From: Alphaproteobacteria bacterium
GTDB lineage: Bacteria; Pseudomonadota; Alphaproteobacteria; SHVV01
Length of the DNA: 64,000 bases
Direction of reading: 5' to 3'
Assembly: GCA_965261735.1 (NCBI GenBank)
Contig: OZ253470.1
Coordinates: forward strand, 2,752,001-2,816,000
Of this stretch, positions 54,157 to 63,590 are shown one piece after another; the first letter of the stretch is position 1, and every line of letters starts with the position of its first letter. A program made the translations under genes and the position numbers. The notes below the pieces were generated by a model. The model ran no database searches. It was not told the origin of the DNA and saw only the letters and a program-made list of their open reading frames with translations.

Positions 54157-55091
54157 CTTGCCTATCCGGTTAACGCCCATGACCGCTACATGTAGGGTGC
54201 CACCACTCTCCCGAGTAAAGCTCGGCATAGGTTGGAGCAGAGGTGTCGCCCGCGATGCCGAGCAATGATACCGATCAGCCACGTCTTCAGGTTGGCGAAA
54301 ACCAGATGGATGATCGGCAGGTATTGCTCGGCAACCTCTGGATCACCACACTCGGCAACAGCGAAGTGCTCATAGCCGCGCTTACCGAGGCCAGCATAGC
54401 CGCTCCAATCGCCAGTAACGATCAGCGATCCTGGCGCGACGGTGCTCTCGACGAACCCACAGAGCGACTCGGCGCTACGGTCGAGCACGACGTCGATGGC
54501 ACAGGAGACGGGAACCTTGTGGTGAACACCACGGCCTTCCCCACGCGTTCGCCCGCCAACCCAGGTTTCGTCCACCTCAACATGGTTCTTGGGCTGTCCA
54601 CCGATCCTGTCTTGGTTGGGCCGCACCATGCCCGAGCGGAGCTTGTGGAGAATTTGAAAGGCCGTCTCGTAGCGCGAAAGACCAAGTTGCCGCTGAAACT
54701 GCACGGCGGACATGCCGGGCGTCTGACTGGCGACCAGATAAGCGGCCCAGAACCAGACGTTCAGCGGAGTGTGGCTACGCTCCATCACTGTTCCCACCGT
54801 CAGCCCGGTGTTCTGGCGGCACTTGCGGCAGCGCAGGACGCCAGGGCGGTTTTCAAAGTGGAACGGCTCTCCCGCCGTGCCGCAGTGCGGGCAGGCAAAG
54901 CCGTCTCCCCAGCGGGCTTTCTCCAGGTAGGCGGCGCAGGCCGCATCATCGGGGAAAAGTCGCTGGAACTCGGGTAGCGAATGCGGGAATGGGAGATCGG
55001 CGCGGTCGAGAACATCCATGGCGCGCTCCCCTATATCCGGGTTGCACCCATTCTAGCCCTAGTGGGTGTGGGTGTAAACCGGATAGGCAAG
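54157..55091 (-). mobile_element. IS1595-family element, second copy, internally deleted (transposase pseudogene 54186-55019)
   Basis: IR CTTGCCTATCCGGTT at both ends. Near-identical to the 50345 copy but lacks the EVRHRK...RLA and HHGV...FRS segments. Confidence 0.92.
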
Positions 55092-55330
55092 CTTCGACCG
55101 TCTTCTACTACGCTCCGCGTGTTGTGGTTTGGTCAGGGATTTGTGCGGTCGTGACCTGGAGTATCGGTACCCTTTGGATCGCCTTTCTTCCTTCAAGCCG
55201 AGTTTTCAGCATCAAGACGTTGTCGCAGTTGCCGACCACTGAAGACCAGATTGCCTACATGTTGCAGCCCGAAATGGTGAATCTGACCGCTCTTGCCACA
55301 CAAGATATCGTCTTTCTCCTGGTCGCGGGG
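55092..55330 (+). pseudogene. Internal fragment of a membrane protein gene (resembles the TM region of alphaproteobacterial adenylate cyclases)
   Basis: TVFYYAPRVVVWSGICAVVTWSIGTLWIAFLP...DIVFLLVAG, with no start or stop of its own, between two IS ends. The family guess is from memory only. Confidence 0.45.
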
Positions 55331-56975
55331 GGGTATGGGTCTGGTATGGAAAATCTAAGTCATTGATTTAGTGCGTTTTTGTGTCGAGACGAACGGCCGA
55401 AAACGGCTATTCGTGACAATGGGCCGCTCCAAGGCAGGATTTTGTCACGACGGCAGGGTCGAGCAGGGGAAGGTGGGAACGCTCCGCACCGCCAGAAGCG
55501 GTACGATGCCGTGTCTCGAAACCCAACATCGGGAGCATTCCCATGGCAGTATCCCGCCTCCGGCGCCTTCGTCCATCGATCTTTCCGGCCTGCCTCCTCG
55601 GGTCGTCGAGGCGGCCGCCCGGGTGCTCGCACTGTGTCGCGAGGAGCTTCGTTCCGAGCCGCGCCCCGAGGCGCCCGAGGAGGTCGAGTTGCGGGTGCGT
55701 GAGGCCACGAACGAGTTCGCTCGCGATGTCATGGGCGCCGTCATCGAGAACCGGGACGATGGCGCTTCCCGGATCGAGCGGGACGGGCAGAGCTGGTTCC
55801 GGGTCGCGGTGACGCCGAAGACGATCATGACCTCGCTCGGTCCGGTGACCTACCGGCGAGCGCGTTACCGCAGCGGCGCGAGCGGGGCATCGCCGGTGGC
55901 CGGTCGACGAGAGCCTGGGCCTCGTCGACGATTACCTGACGCGGCCGGCGGCCGAACTCGGTCTGCTGATGATGGGTCGCTGCACGGCCCGGGAAGCGGC
56001 GGCGTTCTTTGCGAAGACCGGCGCCATGACGCCGTCGGTGAGCGCCTGACCCTGAGCATGCACGAATGCTGGGAGAGCCTCGGCCCGGAGACGCTGGGCA
56101 GCATCCGTGAGGCCGAGGGCATACCGCAGGACGCGACCACCGCCTCGGTCTCCCTCGACGGCGTCATGGTGCCGCTGAGACCCGGCGAGGACGGTCGCGC
56201 CAAGGCCTCCTGGCGCGAGGCCGCCTGCGGCACGGTCTCCTTCCACGACGCCAAGGGCAAGCGCCTGAAGACCCTCTATCTCGGCCCCATGCCGGAGAGC
56301 GGCAAGCTCACGCTGAAGGCGCAGCTTGCAAGCGAAGTCGCACACATCAGGCGAGCACGCCCCGAGATCGAGATCGTCGCTATCGCCGATGGTGCCGCCG
56401 ACAACTGGACCTTCCTGGAGACCCTGTCGCCCGAAACCGAGGTGATCGACTTCTGGCATGCTTGCGAACATCTGCAAACCGCGTCCGACCATGCCGTGGC
56501 GCCCGGCTGGTTCGAGAAGTACCGCGAGATCCTCCGTCACGATCCCCGTGGCGTCGCCAAGGTGATCCGGGCGCTGCGCCACCTTCGCGATGCCGCCGCT
56601 GCGCCGGACCGGGCCGAGACCGAGCGGGAACTCGCCTTCTTCCGCAAGCATCGCCATCGCATGCGCTACCACGCCCTGAAGGAAGAGGGCATCGCCATCG
56701 GCTCAGGCGTGGTCGAGGCTGCCAACAAGATCCCTGGTGACACAGCGCATGAAGCGCTCCGGCATGCGCTGGCGGATCGTCGGCGGACAGGCTGTTCTGA
56801 CCTTCCGCGCCCTGATCAAATCCGGCCGCTTCGAGCGCGCATGGAAGGCCCTGATCAGCGCAACCGACACACCGGCCAACGACAACATCAGTCCACGTGC
56901 AGCAGCCATGGCAATCGCTGCCTGAACTCAACGAACCAAGCCGCAGACATCACTGCCATGCGAGACTCGCACCCC
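55330..56975 (+). mobile_element. ISKra4-family (ISLre2-like) element with a multiply frameshifted transposase (about 55506-56925)
   Basis: TSLGPVTYRRARY, VSLDGVMV, IADGA, IDFWHACEHL, IGSGVVEAANK and RMKRSGMRW motifs in shifting frames. Degenerate IRs GGGTATGGGTCT and AGACTCGCACCC. Confidence 0.82.
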
Positions 56976-57105
56976 TGCAGACGGAGCACGCAAAGACCCT
57001 GATCGGTGGACGGGGAGTTCGTTCCGCAGCAATGGCTCGCATCGTTCAGCCACCGCCCCTGGAGACACTCTACCGAGTTAGCCCGAAATTATCGGTTGGT
57101 CCTGT

Positions 57106-58056
57106 TCATTTCGCTTGACTCACTCCCGCTTCCTTCCCGAGCTCGGCGGAGACTTTACCTGTCTCGAAAAACTCCGCGAAAACTTTATTGAACAAGTCGG
57201 GCCGGTCGTTTTGCCCCGAATGCCCGCACCTATCCGGGTAATAGAACTGGAAGTTTCTTAGTATCTTTTCCTGCGCGTACCCAGCCTCCACCGGCGCCAT
57301 TACGTCATCCTTGCCCCACAAGAAGATGGCGGGTATGTCCAGTTTGTCCAGGCGTCCCTTGAGCCGCAAGCGCTGGGCGTACCTGGGGTCCTTCATAATA
57401 TTGTTGTTGAACTCGAAGGCGGTGTTCATTGACATTAGCTGTTTCTCAGCGATTCTGAACCTCATCTCCACAATGTCATCAGGGATTGATTCCTTGTCGT
57501 ACGCGACGGCAAGAATATTCTTACCGATCGTCTCTTTCGTACCGTCCCATGGCGTGGGTACAAAGGCTGGTGGAAACCTCTCCCTAGCCTTGCCATCGTC
57601 GTCCAGGCCTAGCTGGGCCATCAGGCTGAAAGAGGCGACAAAGGCGAGGCTGATGACCCTCTCGGGATGCTCGACAACATATTGGGCGGAAACCGACGCG
57701 CCCTGCGAGTTGCCGGACAGGTGAAACCGGTCGAGGCATACCGCATTGGCGAAGTCGTCAACGAAATCCGCCCAACTGAACGTCCCATGGTGGGGCCAGT
57801 ATTCCTCCCTCAGATCGGACAGGCCAAACCCAGGACGGCAGGGAGCGTAGACTCGGAACCCCGCCTCAGCGAGGGCCGGAAGCATGAACCGCCACAAAGC
57901 TATTCCACTGGAACCCGGGAAGCCGCCGTGCAGCAAGATGACGTTAGGCCCGACTTCTCCTGCGGTCATGTAATGCGCTTTGGCGCCATTGCTAAGCCTC
58001 ACCCAACGGCTGGCGACGCCGGTTACGTTGATCAAACCCTCTTCTGTAAGTGCCAT
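57106..58056 (-). CDS. Alpha/beta hydrolase, BphD/MhpC-like (meta-cleavage product hydrolase family)
   Basis: RBS AAGGAGGGG; LLHGGFPG, PGFGLSD, GNSQG nucleophile, WGKDD and CGH motifs. Lower GC than the host genes. Confidence 0.85.
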   Translation of the reverse strand: MALTEEGLINVTGVASRWVRLSNGAKAHYMTAGEVGPNVILLHGGFPGSSGIALWRFMLPALAEAGFRVYAPCRPGFGLSDLREEYWPHHGTFSWADFVDDFANAVCLDRFHLSGNSQGASVSAQYVVEHPERVISLAFVASFSLMAQLGLDDDGKARERFPPAFVPTPWDGTKETIGKNILAVAYDKESIPDDIVEMRFRIAEKQLMSMNTAFEFNNNIMKDPRYAQRLRLKGRLDKLDIPAIFLWGKDDVMAPVEAGYAQEKILRNFQFYYPDRCGHSGQNDRPDLFNKVFAEFFETGKVSAELGKEAGVSQAK

Positions 58057-58286
58057 ATTCCCCTCCTTAGGACACAAGCGGCGGGTCACGGTATCGATTG
58101 GAACGAGAGTATGTGTACCAGATGCCCGACGCCGTTGAGATCGATCTTCACTCGACGATCCGAATTTTCGATCACTCCGTCCTCGCGGCGCCCCACTGTC
58201 GCCCTCCTCGGACGAGCAAAGGACGCTCGGCCAGCGGTGGATTCGGCATCTGTTCGGTGATCGCGCCAATTTGTTGAAAAGAAGTG

Positions 58287-58336
58287 TGGTGCCGAAGCGC
58301 GGATTCGAACCGCGGACCTACTGATTACGAATCAGT
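58287..58336 (-). mobile_element. att site: 3' half of tRNA-Thr(CGT)
   Basis: Minus strand reads ACTGATTCGTAATCAGTAGGTCCGCGGTTCGAATCCGCGCTTCGGCACCA. Anticodon arm, T arm and CCA are present; D arm and 5' acceptor strand are absent. Lies 160 bp from the integrase. Confidence 0.9.
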
Positions 58337-58495
58337 ATGAGGGGCGTTTCGTATATTTTAGCCTGATTTAATATACGTTAATATATCCACATAATATCAA
58401 TTGGTTACTGATCTTTCCTCTTTCTCTTGCGTTAATATCGGTTAGTCGGTATTTTGGCGATCTGCCTACATGGCGCCCACATGGGAGGTAGATCG

Positions 58496-59677
58496 ATGCT
58501 CACTGAGAAGCGAATTCGAGACCTAAATCCGGGGACGAAAACGCAGTTCCTATGGGATCGCCAGGTCACGAATTTGGGCGTCCGAATAACAATCGCCGGA
58601 ATCAAGTCCTTTGTCCTGTTCTATCGCGTCGCGGGCAAGAAGCGTCTAGCGACCCTGGCTCGGTGTTCGGAGCTTTCCCTGAAAGATGCGCGGGAGCGGG
58701 CCAGGACCGAACTTGCCGCCGTCCGGGAAGGCACGGACCTGCTTGAGCGACGGCGCCGAGCGACGGCTGCTCCGACCGTGGCCGACCTGATTAACCGATT
58801 CCTGACGGTCGAGGGGCCTGCCCGGATCGCGCGCGGTCGCATGGCGCAACGCACATTGGTCGAGTACCGGCGCCAATGCAACAGGTACGTCGAGCCTGCA
58901 ATCGGCAACCTGCACGTCTCGGCTGTGACGCGAGGGGACATAGAGCGCATGGTGGCCCCTCTGCCCCCGGTCTCACGCAATCGTGTGCTGGCGCTCGCGA
59001 GCCGTCTGTTCACGTTGGCGGAAGTGTGGGAAATGCGGCCGCCCGCCAGCAATCCCGTCCGCAAGATCGAGCGCGCACGCGAGGACGCACGTGACAGGGT
59101 TTTTTCGCCTGACGAAATGGCAGCGTTGGCGGGCGCACTGAACGAAGCCGAGGACGCCAGCCCTGCGGCAGTCGCGGCACTTCGATTTCTCGCCCTGACT
59201 GGCCTACGCGTCGGGGAGGCATTAGCGATCCAATGGGAGCATGTAGACCTATCCACGGGCCGTTTGCTACTGCCAGAAACAAAAACGGGAAGGCGTTGGC
59301 ATGACGTGCCTGCGCCAGCACTGCAAGTCCTGGCCACCCTGCCCCGTTTCGGGCCGTGGGCCTTCACCACAACTGGACGCGCGGCAATCACCTATAAAAC
59401 CGTGCGCGCGGTGTTTCGCGAGGCGTGCAAGCGCGCCGGAATTGGGGACGCGAAAATTCACGATCTTCGGCGGGGAGTTGTGTCGGCCGCCGCCGCATCA
59501 GGTGCGAACGTGGCTGTTCTGCAGCGACTACTTGGCCATCGGACGCCGCAAATGGCGCTCCGGTACGCTCGCGAGCTTCAAGACCCGGTGCAGGCGACTC
59601 GAGAGCAAGTAGCATCGCAAATGGCCGCGATGATGGAAAGAAAGGGCGGCGAGGTCGTGCCGCTGCGGAAACGATGA
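58496..59677 (+). CDS. Tyrosine recombinase/integrase with an arm-binding N-terminal domain
   Basis: WDRQVTNLGVRIT..GIKSF N-terminal domain; catalytic TGLRVGE, KTG, HDLRR, LLGH and Y are intact. Confidence 0.95.
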   Translation: MLTEKRIRDLNPGTKTQFLWDRQVTNLGVRITIAGIKSFVLFYRVAGKKRLATLARCSELSLKDARERARTELAAVREGTDLLERRRRATAAPTVADLINRFLTVEGPARIARGRMAQRTLVEYRRQCNRYVEPAIGNLHVSAVTRGDIERMVAPLPPVSRNRVLALASRLFTLAEVWEMRPPASNPVRKIERAREDARDRVFSPDEMAALAGALNEAEDASPAAVAALRFLALTGLRVGEALAIQWEHVDLSTGRLLLPETKTGRRWHDVPAPALQVLATLPRFGPWAFTTTGRAAITYKTVRAVFREACKRAGIGDAKIHDLRRGVVSAAAASGANVAVLQRLLGHRTPQMALRYARELQDPVQATREQVASQMAAMMERKGGEVVPLRKR

Positions 59678-60048
59678 CGCTTCCGCCCGGCCTACTCCGA
59701 GACTTTCTCCACCGCGAGTACTGCCCTTTTGCGGAAGTCTCGCTCGACCATGCCGAGGCGGACCCAGTGGCGTGGGAGGGTGCCCTGTCCGAAATCAAAA
59801 AGCGCCGCGACGTTGGGTTCCCTGTATCCAAGCTGCTGGCTGATTTTTCCTGTGACGTGGCGACCCAGCGCGTCCCGAAGCCTCCGTCGAAAAACCGCGC
59901 AGGCAAAGCGTGGCGCAACTGGAAAATCCGCACAGCCGTCCAAATTCTGATGCAGTTCGAGCTATCGGAGCGAGCCGCGCGACGGTACGTCGCGAACGAA
60001 TTTAACCTTTCTTATGAGGCGATTAGGTCGGCATGCCGAAGTGTGTGA
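59674..60048 (+). CDS. Hypothetical protein with possible C-terminal HTH
   Basis: ATG overlaps the integrase stop (ATGA); SERAARRYVANEFNLSYEAIR is HTH-like. Confidence 0.6.
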   Translation: MTLPPGLLRDFLHREYCPFAEVSLDHAEADPVAWEGALSEIKKRRDVGFPVSKLLADFSCDVATQRVPKPPSKNRAGKAWRNWKIRTAVQILMQFELSERAARRYVANEFNLSYEAIRSACRSV

Positions 60049-60129
60049 GCAACTCGAAAACAATCACACAGCAGACTAGGTAAATGTGCATTAGCGTGCC
60101 TTCCGATGATTGAATTCACGGAGGGCGAA

Positions 60130-60330
60130 ATGAAGCGTTTTGACCCCGACACCTACTTCCGCACCGACGATGCTGCACTAGAAATCATCGCCACACGCGG
60201 GACGATGAGCCAGTGGCGGCACCGCGGCTATGGGCCGCGATACGTGAGATTCGGGAACCGCGTCTTGTATTTGGGTGCCGATCTGAATCGTTGGCTCGAC
60301 GCGCGCGTGGTCGAACCTCGCGCCGCCTGA
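60130..60330 (+). CDS. AlpA/excisionase-like HTH protein
   Basis: RBS GGAGG; TRGTMSQWRHRGYGPRYVRFGNRVLY...LNRWL. Confidence 0.85.
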   Translation: MKRFDPDTYFRTDDAALEIIATRGTMSQWRHRGYGPRYVRFGNRVLYLGADLNRWLDARVVEPRAA

Positions 60331-60334
60331 TCCC

Positions 60335-60369
60335 AAAAACGAAGCGCCCGCCTGTGGCCGGGCGGGCGC
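60335..60369 (-). terminator. GC hairpin, possible terminator
   Basis: GCGCCCGCC-N8-GGCGGGCGC preceded by an A-run (T-run on the minus strand). Confidence 0.45.
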
Positions 60370-60387
60370 GGATATCAATTGAAGGGA

Positions 60388-60924
60388 ATGTCCGTGGAGG
60401 ATAGCACAGGCAGCAATGCGGCTGCCATTCTTTTCGAGCTGGCCGAACGCGCTAGCAAACTGTTTCGCAAATCGAATGACGATGCGCTGGCCTGCGGCCG
60501 CGTGCTGCTTGAGGCGCGCGCGATCGCCAAGCACGGCTCATGGTCGGCGTTTTTGACCGACGCGGGCATGTCTGCCCGCACCGCTCAAAAATATATGCAA
60601 GTTTCTCGATTCGTCGGGAACAGCCCAACCAAATGCGCCCTGGGGTCGCATTTGGGGATTGCCGGAACGCTGGATTTTATGCGCGCTAGCGAGCGCTCGA
60701 TGGCCGCGTGGCGCGCCGCGTGTGCCGCTGATCCGGGCAACGGCCGACTGATTACAAGCCCGCCAGAGAACGCATTTTTTGGACTGTTCTGGTGCGCCGA
60801 TCCAGAGGATCGGGCTGTTCTAGCCGAGGTCGCGGCGCGTGATTTTGAGATCGACGTCGCCGACGTATTACAGGCGGTCGAAGCGGCCGAACTGCCGCTG
60901 GCTGACGAGGCGGCCGCGCCGTGA
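60388..60924 (+). CDS. DUF3102-like phage protein
   Basis: GRVLLEARAIAKHGSWSAFL...SARTAQKYM pattern. Confidence 0.7.
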   Translation: MSVEDSTGSNAAAILFELAERASKLFRKSNDDALACGRVLLEARAIAKHGSWSAFLTDAGMSARTAQKYMQVSRFVGNSPTKCALGSHLGIAGTLDFMRASERSMAAWRAACAADPGNGRLITSPPENAFFGLFWCADPEDRAVLAEVAARDFEIDVADVLQAVEAAELPLADEAAAP

Positions 60925-61367
60925 CCAGTCCGCAACGCGAAATGCCGCTCGGCATCGTCGGCGTGATCGAAGGTGGGCCGTTTCCTGAATTTCCCAAAAG
61001 CCCACTAGAGCGAATCCGTTGGGCATTTGCCGCGCCGCTTGAGCGAACGACTGACAAGGCTGTGCTGACCACCTTGGCGACCTACGCCAACGACAAAGGT
61101 GTGGCTTGGCCGGGGCTGGCCACCATCGCGCAATGCGGCAGCATGGCACGACGCACGGCTATCAACGCCGTTGGCCGGTTGGAAAAAACCGGTTGGCTCG
61201 TGATTGAAAAACGGCCGCACCGAACATCGCAGTACTGGCCGAAGTCGCCCGGCGTGAATCTTTGCTCGGGCTGCAAGTACGTTGTCCCGGCCCGCGTGAG
61301 CGTGTGCGGAATCTGTGGAACTGAAACGCCCGAGCTAGTGCAGTACTTTCACCAGGGGGTGAATTAG
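60921..61367 (+). CDS. Winged-HTH (HTH_36-like) replication initiator with a C-terminal Zn ribbon
   Basis: KAVLTTLATYANDKGVAWPGLATIAQCGSMARRTAINAVGRLEKTGWL; CSGC...CGIC; GTGA overlap with the upstream gene. Confidence 0.75.
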   Translation: MTSPQREMPLGIVGVIEGGPFPEFPKSPLERIRWAFAAPLERTTDKAVLTTLATYANDKGVAWPGLATIAQCGSMARRTAINAVGRLEKTGWLVIEKRPHRTSQYWPKSPGVNLCSGCKYVVPARVSVCGICGTETPELVQYFHQGVN

Positions 61368-61394
61368 ATGCACCACCTAGTGAATCTGCTGCAC
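61338..61394. repeat. Three iteron-like quasi-palindromes with exact 21-bp spacing (candidate origin)
   Basis: GTGCA-GTACT-TTCAC (61338), GTGAA-TTAGA-TGCAC (61359), GTGAA-TCTGC-TGCAC (61380), followed by AT-rich DNA. Confidence 0.75.
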
Positions 61395-61595
61395 CCGAAG
61401 AACTAATGAAGTACCAAATAAGTTTTCAGCCACAACATAAAACTCATACTGTGTTTGTATCTACAGGGCTGGTGTTGAGACATTTTGGCCCCCATGAAAT
61501 GTACACTTGTATGGCACCGGCGAAATCGCCCGCAAGGGTGGATCATCGCTGTGAGTAGTATCGAACTCCATGAAATCAATTTGAAAGATAAAACA

Positions 61596-62087
61596 ATGTC
61601 TCAACTTCTATTCATCGTTGCGCCGCACTCGGCGGAGTGCAAGGCGGAAGTGCACCTTGATCGTTCCAAAGCGCGCCGTTTGGTGGACGAACTGGACAAA
61701 CGGTCCTTTGCCTACCGAGTGATAGTCATCGATCCCGTTTCTCGAAAATGGTGGCAAACCGAAGCTCCCAGCCTCGCCGACCCAGACTGCAAGGAGCGAC
61801 ACTGCCTTCCCCAAGTGTCGGAGACGCCTGAACTTATGTTTATCGTCGCTCCGCATATCGCAGGTCCCACTGCCTCGGTGCACGTCAATTTTGAGGCTGC
61901 GGCCAAGGCGTGCGACTTCCCGAAAGGCTGCCGGGTGGTGGTGGTCAACTCCGACACCACCGATATCCCCAAATGGAAGGAGAGACTGGTTGAAGGACCG
62001 GTGCACGGCACCGCCCTAGAGCAATTGCAAGGAACCATAGTTGAAGGGCTGACGACGCTGGCGGATGACCTTGCGACAGACGGCTGA
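61596..62087 (+). CDS. Hypothetical protein with an internal two-fold repeat
   Basis: LLFIVAPH...AEVH...YRVIVID and LMFIVAPH...ASVH...CRVVVVN. Confidence 0.65.
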   Translation: MSQLLFIVAPHSAECKAEVHLDRSKARRLVDELDKRSFAYRVIVIDPVSRKWWQTEAPSLADPDCKERHCLPQVSETPELMFIVAPHIAGPTASVHVNFEAAAKACDFPKGCRVVVVNSDTTDIPKWKERLVEGPVHGTALEQLQGTIVEGLTTLADDLATDG

Positions 62088-63573
62088 TTTGATCGCTTAC
62101 CTGTCCAGCTTAACCGTCTCGCAAGGCCGTCTCGCCGGACAGGCGTTCGCCGTGCTGCCGTGGCAACGGCGGTTTGTGCGCGGCGCCTTCTCGCCGGGCA
62201 TCCAGGCGGCGGCCCTGAGCATCGGCCGAGGCAACGGCAAGACCACGTTGCTCGCGGGGATCGCGGCGGCGACCCTGGATGGACCGCTCGCGGTGCCGCG
62301 TGGCGAGACCGTGATCGTGGCTTCGAGCTTCGAGCAAGCGAGAATCGGCTTTGAGCATGTTCTCGCATTCATGGGCGAGAAGCTGGACGATCACGCGCGC
62401 TGGAAAGTTTGGAATACAGCGCAACAAGCCCGAATCGAGGATCGCAAGACAGGCGCACGGGTGCGGTGCATCGGCTCCGATCCGCGCCGGGCGCATGGTC
62501 TGGCGCCAGTCTTGGTGTTGGCCGACGAACCTGCACAATGGCCTGAGACCACGGGCGAAAGAATGGTGTCGGCCTTGCGCACGGCGGCGGGGAAGCAACC
62601 ACATAGCCGATTCGTGGCGCTCGGCACGCGGCCGGCCGATGCCGAGCATTGGTTTTCCAAGCTGCTGACGAGCGGTGCCGACTACGCTCAAAGCCACGCG
62701 GCAAAGGCGGACGATCCGGCTTTCCAGATGCGAACATGGCGCAAGGCGAATCCGAGCCTGACCTACATGCCGGACCTGGAAGCGGCGATCCGCAACGAGG
62801 CGATCCGCGCGAAGCTGGACCCGGCCTTGCTGGCTGGCTTCGAGGCGCTACGGTTGAACCTTGGGACCAGCGACACTGAGGTATCGACGCTGCTGTCCGC
62901 CGGCCTGTGGGTGGAGATTGAGGGCGAGGCCGGGCCAGACGGGCCGGTTGTTTGGGGCGTCGACCTGGGAACGAGCGCGGCGCAATCGGCCGTCGCCGGT
63001 TTCTGGCCGGAGACTGGACGGCTTGTAAGCATCGCCGCTTTCCCGCATGACCCGTCGCTTGCCGAGCGCGGACTCCGTGACGGCGTGGGGGGTCTCTACA
63101 CCGAGTGCGCCCGGCGCGGCGAGCTGCTAACGCTCGGCGGGCGCTCGGTCGACGTTGCGGGCCTGCTTAGGGCTGCCCTGGAGCGCCTGGGGCGGCCTTC
63201 TCGGGTGGTAGCCGATCGATGGCGCGAAGCGGAGTTGCGCGACGCCCTGGAGGCCGCTGGAGTGCCGCTTGCCAACTTCGAGGCGCGGGGTATGGGGTAT
63301 CAGGATGGCGCCGCCGATGTGCGAGCTTTCCGGCGTGCCTGTGCCGATGGTCGGGTGACTTCTGTCCCGAGCCTGTTGCTGCGCAGCGCAATGGCCGAAG
63401 CGCGCACCGTGAGCGACCCGGCGGGCAATGCGAAGCTATCGAAGGGCTCCCAAGGCGGGCGCCGGCTTAGGGCTCGCGACGATGCGGCCGCAGCCGCGAT
63501 CCTGGCCGTTGCGGCGGGCGTCCGGCAACCGGCCCGGCCGCGCCCGCGTTGGCGCTATCGAGGGGTGGCGTGA
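62065..63573 (+). CDS. Phage terminase large subunit
   Basis: LPWQ adenine-binding motif, Walker A GRGNGKT, Walker B VLADE, WRKANPSL and nuclease GVDLG. Confidence 0.9.
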   Translation: MTLRQTADLIAYLSSLTVSQGRLAGQAFAVLPWQRRFVRGAFSPGIQAAALSIGRGNGKTTLLAGIAAATLDGPLAVPRGETVIVASSFEQARIGFEHVLAFMGEKLDDHARWKVWNTAQQARIEDRKTGARVRCIGSDPRRAHGLAPVLVLADEPAQWPETTGERMVSALRTAAGKQPHSRFVALGTRPADAEHWFSKLLTSGADYAQSHAAKADDPAFQMRTWRKANPSLTYMPDLEAAIRNEAIRAKLDPALLAGFEALRLNLGTSDTEVSTLLSAGLWVEIEGEAGPDGPVVWGVDLGTSAAQSAVAGFWPETGRLVSIAAFPHDPSLAERGLRDGVGGLYTECARRGELLTLGGRSVDVAGLLRAALERLGRPSRVVADRWREAELRDALEAAGVPLANFEARGMGYQDGAADVRAFRRACADGRVTSVPSLLLRSAMAEARTVSDPAGNAKLSKGSQGGRRLRARDDAAAAAILAVAAGVRQPARPRPRWRYRGVA

Positions 63574-63590
63574 GCCGGGTGCACCGGTCA

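Noticed and set aside
50293-55091. Composite transposon or inversion bounded by the two inverted IS1595 copies
   Set aside because: The WecA halves remain collinear with their target duplication intact, and copy 1 lacks its outer IR.
54153-55095. CTTC on both sides of IS1595 copy 2 as a target duplication
   Set aside because: It is only 4 bp (8 bp is usual for the family), and joining the flanks does not restore a coherent gene; probably chance.
58287-58336. Functional tRNA-Thr gene
   Set aside because: Only the 3' 50 nt are present, with no D arm or 5' acceptor strand; this fits an att duplication.
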